Assembly: GCA_964016885.1 (NCBI GenBank)
Contig: OZ024743.1
Span: 11,842,001 to 11,906,000, forward strand
DNA from: Eledone cirrhosa
Taxonomy: Eukaryota
Reading direction: 5' to 3'
DNA length: 64,000 nt
Under the pieces are notes generated by a model. That model worked only from the letters and a program-made list of their open reading frames with translations. It was not told where the DNA came from and ran no database searches. The translations under genes and the position numbers were made by a program. This document shows, piece after piece, positions 42,826 to 56,311 of the stretch (position 1 is its first letter; every line of letters starts with the position of its first letter).

Positions 42826-42915
42826 TGAAGTTTCCGTTGAAAACAGAAAAAGTCATAGGAGTGAAGAGTGCTCTATGTCAGTACCAGAGCAAAATTTAAT
42901 GTATAAAAATATATA

Positions 42916-43313
42916 TAGGAAAATGTTTAACCCCGACGGCAGAGCTCAAGTCGTTTCGACGGCTATTTCTGGACCTGAAATAGCCGTCGAAACGGCTTAA
43001 GCTCTGCCGTCGGGGTTAAATATTTTCCTATTACCCACTCTACTACTCTAAGTATTGAGTACTCTGGTGCGTTATGGTCCATCTGGTTCCTTACCACACT
43101 TCGTACGTTATATATATAAGAAAATGTTCTAGACCCCGACAGCATAGTTCAAGCTGTTTCGACGACTATTTCTGTCCAGAAATAGCTGTCGAAACGGCTT
43201 GAGCTATGCCGTCGGCGTCTTGAACATTTTCTTATTACCCACTCTACTACCCAACGTATCGAGTACTCTGGGTCGTTATGGTCCACTTGGTTCCTTCCCA
43301 CACTTCCTTCGTT
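42916..43313 (+). mobile_element. Two tandem mini fold-back-plus-tail elements (hairpins 42916-43030 and 43117-43234)
   Basis: About 55-bp arms; tails contain actactc..ttgagtactc and actaccc..tcgagtactc; short (TA)n between and around them. Confidence 0.8.
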
Positions 43314-43330
43314 ATATATATATATATATG

Positions 43331-43425
43331 CAGGGAGTCTAAAAAAATGTATACACACTTGATTACATGTACAAGCAATATTTTTTAGAATGCTGTTGAA
43401 GTGTGTATACATTTTTGAGACATGC
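43331..43425. mobile_element. Short Tc1/mariner-like MITE remnant
   Basis: aaaaatgtatacacactt mirrored by aagtgtgtatacattttt; cagggagtc start. Confidence 0.5.
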
Positions 43426-44068
43426 TATATATATATACCATTAAAAAGATAGGAGGCCATAAGTAGTTGATTTAGGTTTATCTATATCTCCGTGATATTT
43501 CGCCGAGGATCACGGCTAGATAGTGTTCATCTTACCAATTCTTGTTTTCGGTTATGATATTCCAACTGCTTATTCACGGTTATTGAGAGTGACTTTCACT
43601 TGCATCGTTCCTGGGTCGATAAAATAAGTATCCGTGATTACTGTGGTGGATATAATCAATGAAACGTTATATTCTGTTCCATACGAATCATTTGTGACGT
43701 TGTAGTATTTCGTTGTAGGTCTCTACCTTCTGGTTTCAAATCCGGCTGAAGTCAACTTCGCATTCATCCTTTCGTGGTCGATGAAACAAAGTACCAGTAA
43801 AATACTGATGTCAGCATCATCTACTAACCATCACCCCCAAATTGTTGGTTTGTGCTTAAATTAATTTTAGGTTTTGGATTTATTAAAAGAATTTTGGTTT
43901 ACAAGAAAACAATAGAAAAATACAAGAAAACAATAGAAGGCAATCATTTTTAATAATTTTATTTGTAGATATATATTGCTTAGTATCGTGATAGTTGAAT
44001 ATTGACCATTTAAAACACAAATACAGTCTTATAATAACTTTTATTTGATTATCTAAAAATATTATATA

Positions 44069-44662
44069 CTAGCAGTGGTACCCGGCGTTGCACGGGATAA
44101 GGTATTTTGGATCGCGGGCCGCCAACAGACCTAATCGTGGAAAAATTGCATGCCTGAACAATATGCAAAGAAAATAAACCGAATACTCTGATGGCTGAAT
44201 AATCTTTAAGATTTTCCTCGATGAAGCAGGAAAAATGCAGGTTTTCACCTAATGCGGGATCAAGAAAATGAATTTTTTTATGTGCATATGCCCTGAAATT
44301 TTGGAAAAATCGGCTAGACGTAACGCCTCAAAAAAGCCCTAAAAAGCTGAAAAAATGAAGTTATTCACCTAATGCAGCCCCTAGGCCATAAACAAGTTGG
44401 ATTTTCTTTGCTCAAGGTAAGAAGAAGAGATGACTAATACATAGTTACAATTTCAAGGAAATCGGTCTGATGTAACGCCTCAAAATCCCTCTAAAATCCT
44501 GAAAAAACGCAGTTTTTCACCTAATGCGGGATCAAAAAGTTGAATTTTATGTGCATAACAGTTTTTCACCTAATAGGGGATCAAAAAGTTGAATTTTATG
44601 TGCATAGCACTCCCTGAAACATAAGTAATACACATGTAAAGTTTGAAAAAAATTGGGTAGTC
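44069..44662 (-). mobile_element. Non-autonomous Helitron-like element with internal tandem repeats
   Basis: a|ctagcagtggtacccggcgttgcacggg is the reverse complement of a hairpin plus CTAG end; similar to 1598-1650 and 2752-2781. Confidence 0.6.
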
Positions 44663-44821
44663 GAGTGGGTAATAGGAAAAGCGTTAGGACCTCGACAGCG
44701 GAGCTCCAGCGTTTCAACAGCTAGATCCGAACTATCCCACCAATATATGAATACTGGTGGCTTAATTCGGATCTAGCTGTCGAAACGGCCGGAGCTCAGC
44801 CGTCGGGGTCCTGACTATTTT

Positions 44822-44884
<63 letters not shown>

Positions 44885-45020
44885 GATGCAGTAAAAACCT
44901 GTTAAGCCATTGCTCCCTCGATACTTGGGGTAGTAGAGGATGTGGTAATATAAAAGAGTCGGGACCCCGAAAGAGTCTAGCCTGAGTTTGGAACTAGCGC
45001 TTAGCCGTCGGGTTCCCGAC

Positions 45021-45027
<7 letters not shown>
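44663..45027 (-). mobile_element. Two further mini fold-back-plus-tail elements (44663-44825 and 44879-45027)
   Basis: Hairpins related to the 42.9-kb units (gctgtcgaaacggc, gccgtcgggg); tails read tattacccactc and ctctactaccccaagtatcgag on the minus strand. Confidence 0.7.
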
Positions 45028-45053
<26 letters not shown>

Positions 45054-45058
<5 letters not shown>

Positions 45059-45441
45059 GTGGTTACACAACAGTTAGTTCACCATACCGAGAACAATTGT
45101 TTCACCTTAGCGGATCCTCAGACATGGTTATACGGAACAGGAAGGACAACCGTACGAACGCGCATGCGCAGAAACGATCACTTCACACAGGCAATACGAA
45201 ATTGCGTGCGAGAGGTGTAAGGGAGATAACTGTAAGATATTGCCTGTGTGAAGTGATCGTTTCTGCGCATGCGCGTTCGTACGGTTGTCCTTGCTGTTCC
45301 GTATAACCATGTCTGAGGATCCGCTAAGGTGAAACAATTGTTCTCGGTATGGTGAACTAACTGTTGTGTAACCACTTCTAACTAACTCGTCCCGTGGAGT
45401 GAGTGCTCTACCACTACGGATATTACCTTCCAGTGTTCTAC

Positions 45442-45444
<3 letters not shown>
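45054..45444 (+). mobile_element. Fold-back element: arms 45054-45196 and 45238-45380, tail 45381-45444; atypical hammerhead in each arm (45306-45353 plus, 45081-45128 minus)
   Basis: accatgt CTGAGGA tccgctaaggt GAAA caattg TT ctcg gtatggt; tail actcgtcccgtggagtgagtgctc; (TA)n flanks. Confidence 0.8.
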
Positions 45445-45501
<57 letters not shown>

Positions 45502-45504
<3 letters not shown>

Positions 45505-46925
45505 AGCTACGTCTAACCAATTTAAAGTAAGATTTAATACCCACAAACATAGTTTTAAAAATGCCGCATTAGCTAATACGACATCCTTGGCTGAAATAGT
45601 TAACAATTATAGAAAGAACAACATCGATTACGACCTGGCCTGGAGCGTGCTCAAAAGGGCCACCCCTTATCAAAATACCAGATACGAGTGTAGGTTATGC
45701 TCCCAAGAACTTTTTGAAATCATGAAATCTAAGGATATCCTATTAAATAAGCGACAGGAATTAATTATATCTTGCAATCATAAAATTAGAAGAACCTTCA
45801 AATATTATAAACCTAATTAATATACACCTTACTCTTATATTTTAAAAATTATTATAATTTTTTTTTTAAATTTAGTTAACCTATAATTAGTATTTTACTA
45901 CAGAGAACTTCATATTTTTATTTCCCTCTTACAGCTCTCTTTTCCTAAAATTATTTTTAACCACACTACTTCATTTAATCACATCCCCTATTTATCACAT
46001 TTAATACCTATGATTATTAAATATAATTAATATCTTTCATATCATCAATGTCCATATAGATACAATACTCTTTATAACAATTTTTTTATCTACTTTAGTT
46101 TTTCCATATATTCATTTTTTATTGCTTTAATTTCTTACTTCTTTATTTATCACATTCATATGAATTAATATAATTTTATCCCTGTAAGTATACTTATAAA
46201 TTAATTTAATTTCCTGTTATGTATTTAGATTCCTTGTAGTTTAAATAAGATTGGTATTTCTCACTAATACCTTTATCCCAAAATGTTATTTTCCTTCGTT
46301 TTTAATAACACTCTTTAATAACATCAAGTTTTTATTTATCACATTCATATGAATTAATATAACTTTATCCCTGTAAGTATACCTATCAATTAATTTAATT
46401 TCTTGTTATATATCTAGATTCCTTGTGGTTTAAATAAGATAGGTATTTCTCACTAATACCCTTACCCTAAAATTTTATTTTCCTTCGTTTTTAACAATAT
46501 TCTTTAATAACATCAAATTTTCGTGTACCCCTCACTATCTTCTTGACTTGACCTCATTTCATCCCCTGTAGTATTCTTTTAATTCAAAGCATAAGTCTGC
46601 ACTCCTATACCCCTAGATTTAATCTCTGCTACTGTTATTCTATCAACTTGACCTCTATCTCCTTTTCTATTGGTCAATTCAAAACCTGTTCCCAAACAGA
46701 CCTTTTATATTAATTCTTTGTTTTTTTCAATAAAAATATCTCATCATTTCTGAGGACAGCATGTATATGTGAAGGTATGTATATTTCCTCTGATAATTTG
46801 TAATATTTTTACATAGATCTATATGATATACATACCAACACACATATACATCCCAGAAACGATCGTAAAATTATGAATGTTTTAATATAAGGAACTTGTT
46901 CTTTGTTTTTATTTCATTATTTTTA

Positions 46926-46928
<3 letters not shown>
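45502..46928 (+). mobile_element. 5'-truncated PLE: GIY-YIG C-terminal part to stop at 45820, 3' UTR with a duplication, terminal hammerhead
   Basis: (YI)GATSNQFKVRFNTH...CRLCSQE...LLNKRQE..SCNH; (TA)n on both sides. Confidence 0.85.
46741..46876 (+). ncRNA. Type I hammerhead with stem II extended to about 100 nt
   Basis: tcatcattt CTGAGGA ...atgtatatgtg/cacatatacat and ggtatgtatat/atatacatacc... GAAA cgatcg TA aaattatga. Confidence 0.72.
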
Positions 46929-46958
<30 letters not shown>

Positions 46959-47740
46959 CTATTGAGGTCGATAAAATAGGTACCAGCCAAGTTGGGTTGA
47001 TTTAATCGACTAAACGCTTCCCCTAAATTCACTGGTTTGGTGCTTAAGTTAGAAATCAATGTATAAAATATTCTGAAACCCTACTTGTACATTAAATGAT
47101 TTATTTATTCACTTGTTTATATATTTATTTAATTTGTTGTTGTTATTGCTGTCCTCGTTGTTACTATTTTCAAAGCAAGTTTCAGTACTTTCATTTACTT
47201 ACTTCTGACATATCAGAATATGAGGTAATTCGTCTCAATGCTTAATCTTCAGTTCCATGATTTCCGTATTTTCTTCATCTATTCATATTCATATTTTTGT
47301 GCTTTGCCGAAGAATTGAATATTACGTTTGTAATGCTTCAGTTAACTAGAGCTAAAAGTTAAGCAGAGATCAGCACTGCGTTTGTGATAAAGTTTTTCAT
47401 TCAAATATTCTTCTATCTCTTGTGCACCAGTGTTTCTAAAAACGCAATTTCCCTATTTTCGGTTTCCATAGGGAATTAGATAAATGGATTAAGTTAAATA
47501 TATCTAGAAGTGGTTTTTGTGCTTCTGGAGTTTTGAATCAGCACATTGTATATTCATGTAGATATCAATAGCAATAGTTGCTAATGTATTTATTTGGGGT
47601 TTTTACGAAGGTGCCAAGTTTCAGCTTGTAGTTAACGGAGTGGAAAGGACGTTGGATTGTTGAGGTAAAGATTCATAGTTCAATTCTCATTACATTAGGA
47701 GTGGTGGATTGGCAGACTTCCTAGACCGTCTGATAGAGTG

Positions 47741-47936
47741 TGGGTCAAAAGTCACTTCCTACCAATTTTTATTAATAAAGCATTGCAAATTTACCCCAAA
47801 CTATTTTTTAATCTTTAACTTAAATTTAATGATTGGATCTTGTTTTTATTCAACTTTAATCTGAAAGAAAAAAAAAATCATATTTCAATAATAAAAAAGT
47901 TATGATTTTTAAAAATGGGAAGGGACTTTTTGCCCA
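47741..47936. mobile_element. MITE-like insertion inside an old SINE
   Basis: Imperfect inverted ends tgggtcaaaagtcacttcc and ggaagggactttttgccca. Confidence 0.45.
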
Positions 47937-50900
47937 GCCTGTACCATCGCAGTATTTATTCTGATTTCTTATTTTTTGAATTCTCCATCCTTCAAGGTAC
48001 AACACAGTACCAGTAAAGTACTGAGGTGTATTTTATTCAACTGTGCCCCCCATCCCACCCCAACCAATTTGCTGGCCTTGATCCCAATATACCTATGCTA
48101 CATTTCGTCAAAATGTGGTATATTTAAAATATTCGCTAGACGTAAATGAAAATAGGATCTGTATTTAAGAGTTGTTTCATATTTATTATTTTATTTTCGT
48201 TATTTTATATTCACTAAATTTTGTTAATCCAGCGAATGTGGAAATTACACTCAAAATTTAATGGACCTGATCAATTGGTAAATGTAAATATAGAGCAATA
48301 CGAGGGACTTCAGATGATATATAATTTATTTGGCGTGGAATGCACAAGAACGCTTCGTTTAATCTTATTTTCTTGATAAGATAATAATATTATAACATAT
48401 AAATAATATAAAGATTAAAATATGTTTTATTTTATGTATTTTGTAATCAACGTTAAATTTTTTGTTATTAATTAATACAATGTGAAAATGTATGTTATAA
48501 TGTTAACGAAAGTGTTTTCTTTCGTTCGTACTGAAACCGAAACTAATGTAATAAATCTGGAAGTAAATTAACATATCAATAAATAATCAACGTGCCAATA
48601 TCAATATTGTAGTCGGATAATATAGTCTTTGTAAAACATATACTCGAAAAAAAGCCTTGGATGTTTTTTTGTTGGCTTAGTATGGAGGAAGGGCCTCAGA
48701 CCGGACCAGGGTCTAAACATCAACACAAAAAAGAATTCCCAAAGTACTGCCAAATAAGAAAGGAATGTAACGTAGTTATAAACCACTCATGCACATACAC
48801 ACGCACATATACAAACGCACATAGACAAAGTAGTTTATCGAGTTTTGAGTCCACCCTCATCTAGGCCACACGTAGGTCTGTCTACCCCTAACATGAACTT
48901 CAAAATCTCTTTTTGGTTTCTTTAGGCAGTTTCTGTACCAATTTCTGTGAAATTAGTTGTTAGCCCCAAACCTGTCTTTTCTCTTTTACCTGGGCTTGGG
49001 TCCGACTGATACCCTCATTTCAATAACAACAACCATACAGAGATCAGCTGATTCTGATAGAAAGAAAGCAAAATGGAACGATCCTATTACTTAAAGGGAT
49101 ACTATATTTTCTCGATCCCAGAAGATTTAAATGTAAATTTAACCTCACCGAGATTTGGACACACCGTAAAAGCCAGAAACAATGCTGCAAGGTATTTGTC
49201 TGTCGCTATAACAAGTGTCCATCTTATGCATTATAATTAATATCCATTCATTTTTTTCTCGCTGTTTTTATAAATATAAGACAACAGTTTTCTAATGCTG
49301 ATGGTCTGTATGTGAAATAAATCCAAAGTGAGGGGTTAAACGATTAATTGTGTCCTGATAGAATAATATATATGTAAAGTTTTTTTTTTTAAATTTGGAG
49401 TAAATTGTTATTAAAGTTAATAAATAAGCAACAGAATAAGCAACAATACAATAGTAGGCACCATTTTCCATCCTCTACTTACAATTCAATAATAATAGCT
49501 CTTTAATCAAAGAAGACGGAAAAAGACAAACGTTCAACTATTCTAATGGCAATATTGTGTAGTTAAGAATGATAAATGGGGTTTTTCGATTCGAAATAAG
49601 TGCGAGTGAAAGAAGAAACAGCTGCAATATATCAATGTTTAAACTATGAACAAACTACCATACTTTATTGTATCTAATGCTTTTACATTAACATTTTCTT
49701 TTAAATGTTTGACATATTAGCCACATTTTTCTTTTTTGCAATTGATGATATTAGAAACGCCACATAATAAAGTGGGCTCTACGTCGTCTTAAAGAAGGAA
49801 GAACAGATTAAATAAAGTAGTCTTAGATATAGAGAGTCTCAAAAAAAAAAAAAAAAAAAAATGAGATCATCACGACCGCAACCTCTGCTGGATCATGACT
49901 GACCTGGCATTAAACGTGCACCTAAATTTGAAACAATTGTTATTAAATAAGCATAAGGTTCAGCAATTAACAAGAGTGCAAACTTGCCTTGTTCTATTTA
50001 GTAATGTCGCTTCACGTTTTGAGTTCAGATTCCGCATAGACAGAATTTTACTTTTATCCATTCTAAGTCAATATAGGTGAAGAATTGTGATTAACTATGG
50101 CAAACTACTCAACTTACAAATCCCTAATGAATGGTGGATTGGGAGAATGAGAGCTGGGTGAAATGCTTTGCAGTATTCAAATATGATCCTTTATGGAGTT
50201 AACCTTGCTTTTCACCTTTCCGGAATTAATAAAATAGTACCGGTCTAATACTTGGATCAATTAATCGTTTAACCCCTCACTTTGGATTTATTTCACATAT
50301 AGACAATTAGCATACGCAGAGATAAAAAATATGGCAGGATATATGTCATCTTCAAAATTGAAGACAAGGCGAAGGCACAAGTCCAATAGTGAGAAAGACA
50401 CCTGTCCTTAAACTACTTTCACAATATCTGGGATGACGAAATAAGGGTTTCAGTTTAGATCATAGGTGACGACATCAATTTCTGGCTGGTAGTTACTTTG
50501 ATGGTGCAATATAGGCAGGTAGTCAGTGCCGACGTAATGTTCGATTATACGAGGTCGAGTGGGATCTCCATGGATAGGATATTCACGTTCTCATAACTCC
50601 ACTATGTGGGTGATACTTTCTGTATTAATTTCCTACAAACGACATCTCACACTTTCACCGATTTAGTATTCAACATTTGATCTGGATCTGAGATCAATAG
50701 TGCTTCAGTATTCATTCTAGATAGCTGCGGGAGAATCAATTTTACTTTTGAACTCAGTCATTTGTAGCTCAAATTAGCAATGCAATTCCTTTCCAGCTAC
50801 CGCTTCTCTTTTCTCAACAGAGATCCATCTCTTAAAAATTTCTTTACTTTTTATCTTTCCATTTTCTAGGCCCATTACTGTTGAGGCATACTGTAAAATC

Positions 50901-51183
50901 GTTTGATCCTATTTACCAAGTGGTAATTGATACCCCACCCCCCATTCTTGACAGTATGTAACGCTTATCAGCCATATTCATCCAGCTGTACATTTCACGA
51001 ACAGCCGATTTACACATGCTTTTGTATGTAATACTTATGCATATTCATCAACTTTCTTGTTCAGCGGTCCATCTCTTCAGTCACAGCTTTAATCCATATG
51101 AGGATCTCCGTACTATACCATATTATAGATATATCCAAGTGTTACCTTCTTACATGCAATTTTAACTTTCACTGGTCCATACC

Positions 51184-51913
<730 letters not shown>

Positions 51914-52874
51914 TAGGATTGCTAGATATTTGTAGCCGTCATTATTTGAATCTCTCAATCATTCACCAGATTGTAATTCCATGCCAGTTGCATGGGACAT
52001 TTTCTCCCTTTTCATGATGACAATTTCAAATTTTATGACAAAGAGAGAGAGGGAGAGAGAGAGGGAGAGAGAGAGGGGAGAGAGGGAGACAGACAGACAG
52101 AGAGAGAGAGAGAGAGAGGTGGAGGTGAAGAAATCGTCTACCAGTACTGGCATCGTACTTTACTTATCGACCAGTATAGGATGAAATATAAAGTTGACCT
52201 CGGCGTGAATCGGACACAGTTTGCAGGGTATTGATAACAAATACCGTATGACCTGACGCTTTGTCGACTCTGCCAGTTCACCGTCTTAATTGTATAAGCG
52301 AAATAAATTTTCCACCAACAGAAAATTGAAATCGAGACGTGGGGTCGACAAGCTATGAGTGCACAGATTCTGTGTTGCTGTCGCTACAATAGAACCCTCT
52401 TATAGTCATATTATCTGCATCAATGGCGCTTTGTGAAAATGTTTGTTTTCAAACTTGCAAACTTTTCTGATTTTAGAGGTTTAGATATAAAAGATCAAAC
52501 TAAACCAATTTTCCACAAAAATTTGTATTTTACAAATATATCAATATTTTCCCATTATCTTCTAACTTCAGCGACTATGATGATAAGCGTTTGTTTTTAA
52601 ATTGATTTACTTACATAATTTTTAATTATTTTGTTTTCGTCATTTCATTACACCATTATTCTTATCAATTAAGAATATTCATATGTATGTATCTATAAAT
52701 GTAGGGATGTAAGTATGTATGCACGAACACATTTATAAACGTGTGTATCTATGTTATATAAATACAAGTGTGTATCTATGTGATTATATAAATACAAGTG
52801 TGTATGTATGTGCAAGTATAGATTACACATATCTCTGAGTGTTTTGATATGAACATCTGAATATGTGAATGTGC

Positions 52875-52973
<99 letters not shown>

Positions 52974-53011
52974 TTGCTTTATTGTGCTACAATAAAACTC
53001 ACCTCCTACAT

Positions 53012-53042
<31 letters not shown>

Positions 53043-54021
53043 AGATCAGAGATGGTTAAAGGAGTTCCATGTATTTTATTATGCGCATTTCAAAAACAAA
53101 TATCATCATGCAATAATATTTGTGTTTTCATCCGATAAAACAGGAGAACATGATATGAAGGCTAAAAAACACTTGTGGATAGTGCAGTTTTAAATCAACA
53201 TATGAAAAGTGGTTTTAGATTGATGTGTGATATTGGGAAAAATATTTTATTTAGAGAGGGGGTGGGGGTGGGGTTGGAAAGGATGAAAAGGGAAGGAGAT
53301 GAGAGGGAGAGATGGGTGATAGAGAGAAAGAGATAGTTTTTATAACTGAGAGGAGATATATTGTTTTACATAGAGAGGTTGAAAACCGTTGGAAGATAAT
53401 GTATAAATTAAAAATTTTGAAAATTAACGAAGGGAGGATATGTGCGAGGAAAAAATATTTTATTTAGGGAGGGGGGTGGAAAGGATGAAAAAAAGGGGGA
53501 GGAGATGAGAGTGAAGGTGGAGAGGGAGAGATGGGTGATAGAGAGAAAGAGATAGTTTTTATAACTGAGAAAAAGATATATTGTTTTAACATAGAGAGGT
53601 TGGGAACCGTTGGAAGATAATGTATAAATTAAAGGAATTTGAAAATTAACGAAGGGAAATTATGTATGAAGATAGAGAGAAAAAAATAATAATTGTGGAT
53701 GAATATTCTAACGTCAAAAAAAGAAATGTATGTATTGTGGCAATTTCAAAATTAACGAAGAGAAAAATTATTAAGGTTTGTGTGTAGAAGGATTTGAGAA
53801 AAATAATCTGAAGTTAAAGTTTGTATATTGAAGGAATTGATAATATATGCGAATAAAGAGTTGATATGTATTAATAATGAGTTCGTTGATGGGGAGAAAA
53901 AAAAAAAAAAAAAAATAATAATAAATTAAGGATGAAATTGAGATTAAAAAGATTTATGATAGAGAGAAAAAATAATAATGATTGCGGATGAATATTCTTA
54001 ATGTCAAAACAACAAATGTAT

Positions 54022-54691
54022 ATAAAAACAAATAACGAAACGAAATTAAATTTCGTTTCGCTTCTAACTCACTTTTGTATGACTGACGCTTAAACAATTA
54101 AGTTAAAGTGTACATCTACATATGTATACGGAAGTATTAGTATGCATATAAATACACACATGTATACATATGTACATGTACTGAGTTTTTCACTAGACAC
54201 TTTACAGTGAGTGTCAGCTAGTCTGTATGTAACCACACAGACGGACCGGGTTTTAGAGTCATACGAGTTTTCAAGGAAACACATTTCCTCTATTCTCCAG
54301 AGAGCCAGACAGGAATATTGGACTAGTTTCGATGTTATTACATCTCATCAGCAATATTTACCCATCTTCCGGCTTCTCTGGAGAATTGTAAAAGCACATA
54401 TCGTTATATGCTTTTTCTATGAAAATTAGTAGTGGGTAGACTAATTTGCATAGAACGTGAGTCATTGTACGCACCGGTTCAGCGGAAACGATAAAAACAA
54501 ATAACGAAACGAAATTAAATTTCGTTTCGCTTCTAACTCACTTTTGTATGACTGACGCTTAAACAATTAAGTTAAAGTGTACATCTACATATGTATACGG
54601 AAGTATTAGTATGCATATAAATACACACATGTATACATATGTACATGTACTGAGTTTTTCACTAGACACTTTACAGTGAGTGTCAGCTAGT
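54022..54691 (-). mobile_element. Retrozyme-like insertion: 469-bp unit in 1.43 tandem copies
   Basis: 201-bp direct repeats at 54022-54222 and 54491-54691; hammerhead in the unique part. Confidence 0.75.
54314..54358 (-). ncRNA. Canonical minimal type I hammerhead ribozyme, GUC cleavage between 54321 and 54320
   Basis: Reverse complement aatattg CTGATGA gatgt aata acatc GAAA ctag TC caatatt; perfect stems I and II, palindromic ACTAGT stem III. Confidence 0.9.
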
Positions 54692-56009
54692 TATGATTTT
54701 ACAAGGTGAAGATAGAATGAGGGTAATGAGTAAACAAGTATTATAGAGTGTATAATGCCCTTTAAAGTAAGGTAGATGGGTATATTTTAAAGAGGTGTAT
54801 GTATATGTGCCTTTGAGAAAAGATTCTAAATTGATAAAGAATTGAATATTAACTGTATACTTTGTGAAAAGTTCTATGGAATTTATGCAGGCAGATAGAA
54901 AACAAATCTGTGCGTCTATTTATTATAGAATCTAGGTTAGAGATAATGGTAAATTTTTCATTTAGGCAGAGATTACAGATTTTAGATAGAGAGCTGTTCA
55001 AGTATGAGGATGCAGAAGAAATCTTCTTCCAAAAGATGGTATATTTAATGTTTTTGTCTTTTAAGGACCATATGAGTTCTGAGAGAGCAGTGTTAGTTCT
55101 TTTAAGTTTGTATTTGAAAGATGAATGATGATTATAGAGACGAGCTTTAAAAGAGGTGGAAGTGGAGCCAAAATAGGTGAAGGAATTGGTGCTAGTTATA
55201 ATTTTACATTCATAAATTAAGTTTTTATCGAGACAATGGTTGTTGAGAGGACATTTATTTTTAATGCGGCAGTTGCAATTAGAGAGATTATTAATGAGTG
55301 ATCTAGTGTTATCTATAGAAGGAATTGGATTGGAGAAGTTGTTTGCGATAGGAATAATAGGAATAATAGTTTCTTGATTTAGAGTTGGATTATGAACATT
55401 TAGCGAAGTTGTGTTTGACGTTGTATTTGGGTTTACAGAAGTTAGCCTAGGGTTTACAATGACGTCGGGAGTACTATTACTGTTATTATGAAATTCAATA
55501 TTGGAAGGAAGAGATTTAGTATTTAGTATTTTATTGTTGTGTTTAGAGATGATGTTGGAAATATTGGAGGATGTAGAATACGAAAATTTGATGGTGTGTT
55601 TGTTAAATATTTTACTATAGATATGTGAGGGAGGGAAGCATTTATTTAAGGCACTAAAAAATAATTTAGGAATATTGTTATTAATAGAGATGGAGAAAGG
55701 AGCATTATACCAGATTATGTTTTTGTATCTAGGTCTTTTATTAAAATTATTGGAATGGTCATGATTAATTATTCTACTGTAAGTTTTTCTAGAATTTGTT
55801 TCTTTACTATATTTGATTTTATCTGGATAGCCGGCTTTAGAAAGTGCGTTATTATAGTAATTGGCGTTAGCATCAAAGATGTTTTTATTAGAAGATATGT
55901 TAGATATTCTATTTCCAATATTATTAACTATAGCATTCTTGATATTGGTAGGATGGTTAGATTTAAAGTTAACATAATTAATTATATATATATATATATA
56001 TGCATATAC

Positions 56010-56143
<134 letters not shown>

Positions 56144-56151
56144 TATATACA

Positions 56152-56223
<72 letters not shown>

Positions 56224-56231
56224 TATATACA

Positions 56232-56311
<80 letters not shown>

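Larger units (their letters stand above)
53036..55985 (-). mobile_element. 5'-truncated PLE: ORF 54849-55985, long 3' UTR, hammerhead with mutated core (CGGAUGA) at 53072-53142
   Basis: [36 protein letters not shown]; terminus matches 60890-61058; (TA)n on both sides. Confidence 0.88.

Noticed and set aside
49305-50303. About 46-bp inverted repeat pair 900 bp apart
   Set aside because: Adjacent to decayed SINE sequence; no TSD, tail or ribozyme; likely a minor local duplication
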